From contig CAZTDL010000001.1 in NCBI GenBank assembly GCA_964612775.1, forward strand, positions 1-34,602: DNA of 34,602 bases, given 5' to 3'. The DNA is from an uncultured Lentisphaeraceae bacterium (lineage in GTDB: Bacteria > Verrucomicrobiota > Kiritimatiellia > RFP12 > UBA1067). Of this stretch, positions 28,738 through 34,602 are shown piece by piece (the first letter of the stretch is position 1; each line of letters starts with the position of its first letter). The translations under genes and the position numbers were made by a program. The notes beneath the pieces are model-generated. The model worked only from the letters and a program-made list of their open reading frames with translations. It searched no databases and was not told the origin of the DNA.

Positions 28738-29959
28738 TCCTTATTCGCCTCCTCTTTCGGTGCGCCGGCAAGAACCGGCGCAGCCGTCAGAACAGGCTGC
28801 CCCGGTTTCACCTTCAAAACGCCCTGAACGATCACGCGCTCACCGGGCGTCAACCCCGTGAGAATCTCGATGCGTCCGTCATCAGCCGTTCCGCATGTAA
28901 CCCGCCGGACCTCGGCCTTGCCATCCTTGTCAACCACATACAGGAAGAGCCCCTCTTTGTCGGCCGTCAGAGCCGCCTGCGAGACCACCGGATACTTTTT
29001 CGCCTGCGGCTGATCCACCAAAACGGTCACATATCCGTTGGGGACAAGCAACCCCTTGGCATTGTCAAACCTCACGCGTACAGGCAACGTTGCCGTTTCG
29101 GCCGACATTTCGTTATTCTCGAAATCACGCACGCCGACCTCGTCAGCGATCATTCCCGTCGGAAGCCGCAGACGGATGCGCAACGTGTCTTGGATCGCTT
29201 CATCAGCGATATTCTCACGCACGCGCAAATAGTCGCGGTCGGTTACAGAAAAAAACACGCGGATCGGAGCCGTCTGCACGATACGCACGAGCGTGTCGAT
29301 CGAAGGCGAAACATAGTCGCCGACGTTCGCGACCGTACGGCCGATACGGCCCTCGATGGGGGCTTGGATACGTGTGTGCTTCAGATCGATCTCCGCCAGC
29401 CGAAGGTTCGCCTCCGATTGCTGGACCGCGGCCAAGCCCTGCGCCACGGCGCTCCGAGCCGCATCCAGATCGTTCTGGGTGATACCCCGCGTATCGGAAG
29501 CCTCCAGACGTTTCTGGAAACTCTGGGCGTGATCAAGTTCGGCTTTGGATTGAGCCAACTCAGCCCGACGCAGCGCCACACGCGCCTCGTACTGCTCCGC
29601 ATCGATGGTAAACAGCAGATCGCCCGTTTTTACCAACGCGCCTTCTTTAAAATGAATCGCCTTCACATATCCGTCGATCTGCGCCCGCAGATCGACATCT
29701 CGAATCGGCTCGACGTGCCCGATAAACTCAGCAGGAGGATTCAGCGACGCCTCGCCGACAACTTCCGCTGTGACAAGCGGAGCCCCCCTCCGGCCATCAT
29801 TGCCATCGCGGCGGCGTCCGGCCCCGGACCGCCTTTCGTCGGCATCAGTCCGCGGCCAAGCCAACCGAGCCCCACGAGGCATACGCCCGTAACCAGCCAC
29901 CCGAAACCCTTTGCGGCGGGATGTTCCCGCCGGTTGACGATCTGTTCTTGTTCGTTCAT
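28734..29959 (-). pseudogene. RND periplasmic adaptor (MFP) gene with a 1-nt frameshift in a G6 run (track ORFs 29741..29959 and 28734..29900)
   Basis: ATG at 29959 behind GAGGA. The membrane anchor (FGWLVTGVCLVGLGWL) ends ...AAAMAMMAGGG in one frame. The MFP body (APLVTAEVVGEASLNPPAEFIGHVEPIRDVDLRAQIDGYV...) continues in the -1 frame. The junction is the C6 run at 29783-29788 (G6 on the coding strand). One extra G restores a 408-aa ORF. Confidence 0.8.
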
Positions 29960-29984
29960 TTAATCCTCATTTGTTTCAAAATAA

Positions 29985-30599
29985 TTATGGGCGCGTCTGA
30001 ATGGAGGCGATCACCATATCAAACCCGGCCGCGACCGTTTTCACGAGGTCGGTCTCAAGGCACTGGTCAGTCCTGACTTTGATCAAACCCAGCCACATCG
30101 CACCAAGAATCGCAGTTGTCATGGCCACATCGACATCCTTTTTCACTTCGCCGCAACGTTGCAACTTTTCAAGCGTGCGCTCGATCACGGCGAAAATGTT
30201 ATTCTCCAACTGGCGAATACGGCACTTCACCGGCGCAAACTTTGACGCCGACCAATCCAGCCGAGTCATCATCCGAAAGAACTTGCGGTTGACGGGGTTC
30301 TGGAGAATGAGATCGGCCCTGTGGACGAAGTGGAGACGCAACTCCTCCAGCGAAGAAGGTTCTGAGAGCACTCGGCCCTGTTCCTCTGTATGCATCCTCG
30401 TCATGTTGACGACCAATTCCGTCAACAGATCCGGCTTGCTCTTGAAATGCCAGTAGACAGCCCCTTTGGATAATCCGATACGTTCAGCCACATCTTCAAG
30501 CGTTGTCCGTTCATAACCTTTGGCCACAAACAAATCGAGAGCTGACTTCAAGATCCGCAACTTCGTCCGAGCCGCTTCCGCTTTTGTTTTACGTGCCAT
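29985..30599 (-). CDS. TetR/AcrR-family transcriptional regulator, first gene of the minus-strand efflux operon
   Basis: ATG at 30599 behind AAGGA. HTH motif TTLEDVAERIGLSKGAVYWHFKSKPDLL. Its stop lies 25 nt upstream of the adaptor start. Confidence 0.88.
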   Translation of the reverse strand: MARKTKAEAARTKLRILKSALDLFVAKGYERTTLEDVAERIGLSKGAVYWHFKSKPDLLTELVVNMTRMHTEEQGRVLSEPSSLEELRLHFVHRADLILQNPVNRKFFRMMTRLDWSASKFAPVKCRIRQLENNIFAVIERTLEKLQRCGEVKKDVDVAMTTAILGAMWLGLIKVRTDQCLETDLVKTVAAGFDMVIASIQTRP

Positions 30600-30636
30600 A
30601 GTCGAATCCTTATGAGTGGAAAAAACCGCGCTATTA

Positions 30637-30660
30637 TACATACCTTCAAGTAGGTATACA
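30637..30660. promoter_or_regulatory. Candidate TetR operator (inverted repeat) upstream of the tetR gene
   Basis: ATACCT (30640-30645), TCAAGT spacer, AGGTAT (30652-30657), with partial extension (TACATACC / GGTATACA), 38-61 nt upstream of the tetR ATG. No binding data. Confidence 0.35.
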
Positions 30661-31008
30661 ATCGAAAACCGCGAGGAACTTGTTCGCGGAAAAACGCAAG
30701 CGCACGGAACCGTATCCGAAGCGGCAGGGTCTCTATCAAAGAAGGCCTCTGTTTGCGACGTATCGCCCCCTTCCCCGTCAACTGAAGCCGATTGCCTCGA
30801 CAGTCAGAAAGCCGTCAACGTTGTTCACGTTGTCGATTTCCCTTTTCGCACCGCTGTTTTTGCCGCAATGAAAACACGCGGCAAGCGTAACATGAATCGT
30901 CACGCCAAAGATGAGGAGAACACCTGAAATCGCGGGGCCTAAACTAATTTTGCCTTGTCACCCTTCCGAAAAGCGCGCTTCGGAACCATGAAATCAGATT
31001 CTTCATAA

Positions 31009-31218
31009 GGCATCGACAACTACGTGAGCGTTCTCGATGCGCAACGGTCTCTTGGCCGTGCACGGCATGGGTCCGTTCTGTTCCGCTACGCAAAGGTTGC
31101 CACTCACGTTCGATTTTATGCCGCTCTCGGCTGCGCTGTCGAATGCGATGCGGTTGTTCCAAAGCCGTCGGGGGTGGCCGTTCATGAGCAAATCGCGTTT
31201 CTTTTACAGAGCCCATAA
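31009..31218 (+). pseudogene. 3'-terminal remnant of an outer membrane factor (NodT/TolC-like) gene
   Basis: Directly after an in-frame TAA, the frame reads GIDNYVSVLDAQRSLGRARHGSVLFRYAKVATHVRFYAALGCAVE... This parallels the C-terminus of the intact OMF in this window (ADFNSVLDAQRSLQTFEEAVVVSEGAITENLIRVYKALGGGW). There is no start codon and no upstream OMF-like sequence, and the GGGW end is degenerate. Confidence 0.45.
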
Positions 31219-31402
31219 CCGTTTTCAACCGATCGAGTTTCCCTGCTTATCGCTCTCGTGACCTCACGTCAGAATCGTCCCCTCGCGAGCGTCTTGGACC
31301 ACTCTGCCCAAGTTTTCTTTGACAAGTCCCTGCCGTTTTGGAATGTTGGAATAAATAAGTTGTTTGATTTTTTTAGACAGGGTTCTTGGGGGATTATGCG
31401 GA

Positions 31403-32782
31403 ATGACAACGGGACAAACAGAAAACCACATTGTTTGCGTAACGCGCGACAGCGGAAACCGGCCCGACTTGCGACAGATCACTTATGCCGCGCTTGGGGT
31501 CATCCTTTCCTGCGGTCTTTTCACGACAGCCTGTAATAAGTCGACCATCTCGCCGAACGCCGCGCCGTCCACGCCGGAAGTGTCGGTCATCACCGTCGCT
31601 CCGCGCCCGCTCTTATTGACGACGGAATTGCCCGGTCGCACAGCCCCCTACCGGATCGCGGAAATCCGACCGCAAATCAACGGGCTCATTCTCAAACGGC
31701 TCTTCACGGGAGGCGCGAACGTCAAGGCGGGACAAACCCTTTATGAAATTGACCCTGCACCTTTTCAAGCGGCCTTGAACAATGCTGCCGCCAATCTTCT
31801 GGCTGCGAAGAAATCGGCCGACCAAACGCGCTCTGCGCTGAAAACCAGTCTGGCCGGTGTAGATAAGCAGTTGGCGACCGTCTCCTTCGCCCGCACGAAC
31901 AGGAAGAGGTTCGAGGATTTGTTCAAAGAAAAAGCCGTTTCTGCCAGCGATTGCGAACACGCCGTGACAGAGGCTCAAGTGGCGGAAGCGGGGCTCAAAG
32001 CCTCCGAAGCCCAAGTGCAAAGCGACCGCGACGCGACGGCTGTGGCCGAAGCGGCCATTCAACAGGCGGAAGCGGCGCTTGAAACGGCCCGCATTAACTT
32101 GGGGTACACGCGAATCGCCGCGCCCATCTCCGGCCGCATCGGAACCTCGACGGTAACAGACGGCGCGATCGTTACCGCCTACCAGTCCGCAGCCCTCGCA
32201 ACGATCCAGCAGATGGATCCCATTTACGTAGATGCGCCCCAGTCCACGGTCGAGTTGCAACGTCTGCAGCAGCGGATGAAAAAAGGGCAGATGAGTTGCG
32301 ATAAAGCAAACGGCAACAAAGTGCAACTTATTATGGACACAGGAACCCCGTATCCGCAGGAAGGCGTGCTGCAATTCCGCGACATTTCGGTTAATCCCAC
32401 CACCGGCTCTGTGATTCTGCGCATGGTTTTCCCCAATCCGAACAACGAGTTGCTGCCGAACATGTTTGTCCGCGCGGTGGTGAGAGAGGGTATCAACGAG
32501 CATGCCATTCTGATCCCGCAGCAGACGGTCTCCCGCAATCCCCGTGGCGAACCCGTGGCGCTGATCGTGGACGGCGAAGAAAAAGTCCAGCAAAGGACGC
32601 TCACACTTGACCGCTCGATTGACGATCAGTGGCTGGTTTCTTCAGGGCTCGTCCCCGGCGAACGAGTGATCGCAGAAGGATTGTTGAAGGTTAAACCCGG
32701 CACAACCGTGAAAGTCGTCGACTTCAGAGCCGATCTGGCACAGGCAATAAACAAGGCGCAACCGGTCTCAACTTCGAGGTAA
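31403..32782 (+). CDS. RND periplasmic adaptor, AcrA/MexA-like lipoprotein
   Basis: ATG at 31403, 9 nt after GGGGGA; the track start at 31364 is a TTG. Lipobox-like FTTAC. RTAPYRIAEIRPQINGLILKRLFTGGANVKAGQTLYEIDPAPFQAAL closely parallels AcrA (from memory). Confidence 0.85.
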   Translation: MTTGQTENHIVCVTRDSGNRPDLRQITYAALGVILSCGLFTTACNKSTISPNAAPSTPEVSVITVAPRPLLLTTELPGRTAPYRIAEIRPQINGLILKRLFTGGANVKAGQTLYEIDPAPFQAALNNAAANLLAAKKSADQTRSALKTSLAGVDKQLATVSFARTNRKRFEDLFKEKAVSASDCEHAVTEAQVAEAGLKASEAQVQSDRDATAVAEAAIQQAEAALETARINLGYTRIAAPISGRIGTSTVTDGAIVTAYQSAALATIQQMDPIYVDAPQSTVELQRLQQRMKKGQMSCDKANGNKVQLIMDTGTPYPQEGVLQFRDISVNPTTGSVILRMVFPNPNNELLPNMFVRAVVREGINEHAILIPQQTVSRNPRGEPVALIVDGEEKVQQRTLTLDRSIDDQWLVSSGLVPGERVIAEGLLKVKPGTTVKVVDFRADLAQAINKAQPVSTSR

Positions 32783-32798
32783 GAAACGGAGCCGCAGC

Positions 32799-34602
32799 AT
32801 GTTGTCGAGATTCTTTCTGAACCGTCCGGTTTTCGCATGGGTCATTGCGATTCTGATCATGCTTTTGGGCGGATTAGCAATTCATAGTCTTTCCATCGCA
32901 CAGTATCCGCCGATCGCCCCTCCCTCCATTCGTGTGGGATGTCTTTACCCCGGGGCCTCAGCGAAGACCGTTGAAAACAGCGTGACCCAAATCATTGAAC
33001 AGCAAATGAACGGGCTGGACAAGTTGCTGTACATGTCCGCCAGCAGCGATTCAGCCGGCATTTCCGCCACGACGATGACGTTTGCGCCGGGAACCGATCC
33101 CGATCTTGCTTGGACCAAAGTTCAGAACAAGCTCCAACTGGCCATGGCGCGACTGCCCGACGTTGTGCAGCGCCGAGGCGTCGGGGTCAGAAAGTCCACC
33201 AAGAACTATCTGCTGATCGTAGGCCTGATTTCTGAAGACGGCGCCATGCGCGACATCGATTTGCGGGACTACGCGCTCACGACCGTGCAGCAAGTGCTGG
33301 CGCGCGTTCCTGGCGTCGGAGAAGTGGAAGGCGTCGGCGGAGAATACGCCATGCGCATCTGGTTCAATCCCGACAGGCTCACAAGCTACAGCCTAACGGT
33401 GGAAGATGTGACTCAGGCACTTCAAACTTATAACGTGGAAATCTCCGGCGGCCAGTTTGGCGGAACGCCGGCTCCCGACGGACAGCGACTCAATGCGGCC
33501 ATTATTGTCCACAGCCTGCTCAAAACGCCCGAGGACTTTGCCAACATTCCCCTCCGCATAAATCCGGACGGATCCATGATCCGAATCAAGGACATCGCGC
33601 GAACGGAATTGGGCACGGACCTGAGCGACAGCATCACAACCTTCAACGGCATGCCGGCCGCGGCGCTGGCCATCCGACAGGAGCCCGGCGCCAACGCGCT
33701 GAAAACCGCAGACGCCATCAAAGCGAAGATGGAAGAACTCAGCCGCTATTTCCCGCCCGGCGTAAAAGTCTTTTACCCTTATGATACCACCCCCTTTACG
33801 AAAGTAGCCATCGAAGAGGTGGTCAAGACGCTTTTCGAGGCGGTTGGGCTCGTTTTCTGTGTGATGTTCCTTTTCATGGGAAATCTGCGGGCTACCCTCA
33901 TCCCGACCATTGCCGTACCGGTAGTCCTATTGGGAACATTCGCGATTCTCGGGCTCGCCGGATTCTCGATCAACATGCTGACCATGTTCGCGATGGTGCT
34001 GGCCATCGGTCTTTTGGTGGACGACGCCATCGTGGTGGTCGAGAATGTGGAACGCATCATGGGTGAAGAGGGACTCTCGCCCAAAGAGGCCACCGCCAAA
34101 TCAATGGACCAGATCACTCCCGCCTTGGTCGGCATCGGATTGGTACTCGCGGCCGTCTTCGGTCCCATGGCGTTTTTCTCCGGTTCAACGGGTGTGATCT
34201 ACCGCCAGTTTTCGGTGACAGTCGTCGCCGCCATGCTCCTCTCTGTCGTGGTGGCTCTGATCCTGACGCCCGTTCTTTGCGCCTCCATCCTGAAACCCGT
34301 CCCGCAAGGACATGAGGCCGCTGAAAGCGGCACGCGATTCCTGCGCCCCTTCTTCAGACAGTTTGACCGCCTCTTTCTCGGCATCAGAAACCTATATCTG
34401 AAACTGGTCGGGCATGCTCTCGCGCACACGTTCCGGTACGTCCTCCTTTTTCTGTTGATCGTCGCGGCGATGGCTCATCTCTTCATGCGGTTGCCGAAAG
34501 GATACCTCCCCGATGAAGACCAAGGCCTCCTGATGGTCCAAGCCACGCTTCCGGCGGGGTCCACGCTATCTCAGTCGCAAGTGGTCATGGAAAACGTCAA
34601 AG
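32799..34602 (+). CDS. RND multidrug efflux permease, AcrB/MexB-like (3'-truncated by the window end)
   Basis: Not in the ORF track because it has no stop in the window. ATG at 32799, 7 nt after GGAG. The frame is open wherever I translated it: continuously from the start to about 33620, and again at 34200-34300 and in the last ~85 nt; the stretch between was not checked codon by codon. MLSRFFLNRPVFAWVIAILIMLLGGLAIHSLSIAQYPPIAPPSI...YAMRIWFNPDRL...YRQFSVTVVAAMLLSVVVALILTPVLCASILKP is collinear with E. coli AcrB as I recall it. Confidence 0.9.
   Translation, partial: MLSRFFLNRPVFAWVIAILIMLLGGLAIHSLSIAQYPPIAPPSIRVGCLYPGASAKTVENSVTQIIEQQMNGLDKLLYMSASSDSAGISATTMTFAPGTDPDLAWTKVQNKLQLAMARLPDVVQRRGVGVRKSTKNYLLIVGLISEDGAMRDIDLRDYALTTVQQVLARVPGVGEVEGVGGEYAMRIWFNPDRLTSYSLTVEDVTQALQTYNVEISGGQFGGTPAPDGQRLNAAIIVHSLLKTPEDFANIPLRINPDGSMIRIKDIARTELGTDLSDSITTFNGMPAAALAIRQEPGANALKTADAIKAKMEELSRYFPPGVKVFYPYDTTPFTKVAIEEVVKTLFEAVGLVFCVMFLFMGNLRATLIPTIAVPVVLLGTFAILGLAGFSINMLTMFAMVLAIGLLVDDAIVVVENVERIMGEEGLSPKEATAKSMDQITPALVGIGLVLAAVFGPMAFFSGSTGVIYRQFSVTVVAAMLLSVVVALILTPVLCASILKPVPQGHEAAESGTRFLRPFFRQFDRLFLGIRNLYLKLVGHALAHTFRYVLLFLLIVAAMAHLFMRLPKGYLPDEDQGLLMVQATLPAGSTLSQSQVVMENVK

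Noticed and set aside
30778-30957. Minus-strand 59-codon open frame with a lipoprotein-like signal (ISGVLLIFGVTIHVTLAAC...), followed by a hairpin CCGCGA-N9-TCGCGG with a T-tract at 30664-30693
   Set aside because: There is no ATG, and the only in-frame GTG (30903) would truncate the signal peptide. There is no convincing RBS and no recognisable mature domain. It may be another gene remnant, but I cannot support it as a gene.
277-32593. Many long alternative-frame or antisense ORFs in the track, e.g. 1198..1683(-), 1721..2233(+), 3310..4053(+), 4610..5239(+), 6804..7151(-), 7650..8186(+), 10198..10887(-), 13111..13797(+), 14053..14607(+), 18089..18778(+), 19734..20288(+), 20907..21884(+), 22722..23252(+), 26824..27480(+), 28252..28827(+), 29190..29963(+), 31613..32593(-)
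   Set aside because: Each lies entirely within, or opposite, a gene with clear family motifs. Their translations are Arg/Pro/Ala-rich low-complexity sequence, as expected for shadow ORFs in GC-rich DNA. None has an RBS or a recognisable motif.
1-34602. CRISPR arrays, IS elements or transposases, integrases next to the tRNA, prophage genes, toxin-antitoxin or known defence genes, and long direct or tandem repeats
   Set aside because: I saw no regularly spaced repeats, no transposase, integrase or recombinase motifs, and no duplicated tRNA 3' end flanking tRNA-Leu. The genes on both sides of the tRNA are housekeeping. A computational repeat search could still find short repeats I missed.

Overview
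The window reads as ordinary chromosome from a moderately high-GC glycan-degrading bacterium. The gene content loosely suggests an anaerobic member of the PVC superphylum (Lentisphaerota, Kiritimatiellota or Verrucomicrobiota): Sec/TAT-exported glycoside hydrolases, PF12831-type FAD oxidoreductases, a TAT-signal Gfo/Idh/MocA enzyme, a HydG-like radical SAM enzyme and a pseudopilin-like giant protein. This taxonomic call is inference only. In order, the window holds: a 5'-truncated large N/T-rich secreted protein; a minus-strand DUF3795 / FAD oxidoreductase / GH5 operon; hisG; a 29-aa bS22-like gene missing from the ORF track; a TPR lipoprotein; oligopeptidase A; tRNA-Leu(GAG); an erythrin-VIT iron transporter; a HydG-like radical SAM gene coupled to an AEC permease; zwf; an exported PNPOx-like protein; nagB; a minus-strand glycan cluster (beta-helix protein, GH97, TAT-signal Gfo/Idh/MocA); and two RND efflux systems on either side of a TetR gene. 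The second RND pump gene runs off the 3' end of the window and is also missing from the ORF track. I found no CRISPR array, transposase, integrase, phage gene or recognisable defence system. Four things stand out. (1) Three otherwise intact genes within about 12 kb are each broken by one lesion: an in-frame TAG, a 1-nt frameshift, and a 1-nt frameshift in a G6 run. An outer-membrane-factor gene remnant lies nearby. (2) The HydG-like enzyme is orphan, has an altered C-terminal cysteine motif, and is tightly coupled to a permease. (3) A cysteine-rich DUF3795 protein with a TAT-like signal heads the FAD-oxidoreductase/GH5 operon. (4) The small ribosomal-protein-like gene is hidden from the track. 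All homology calls come from motif recognition by eye, not from searches.
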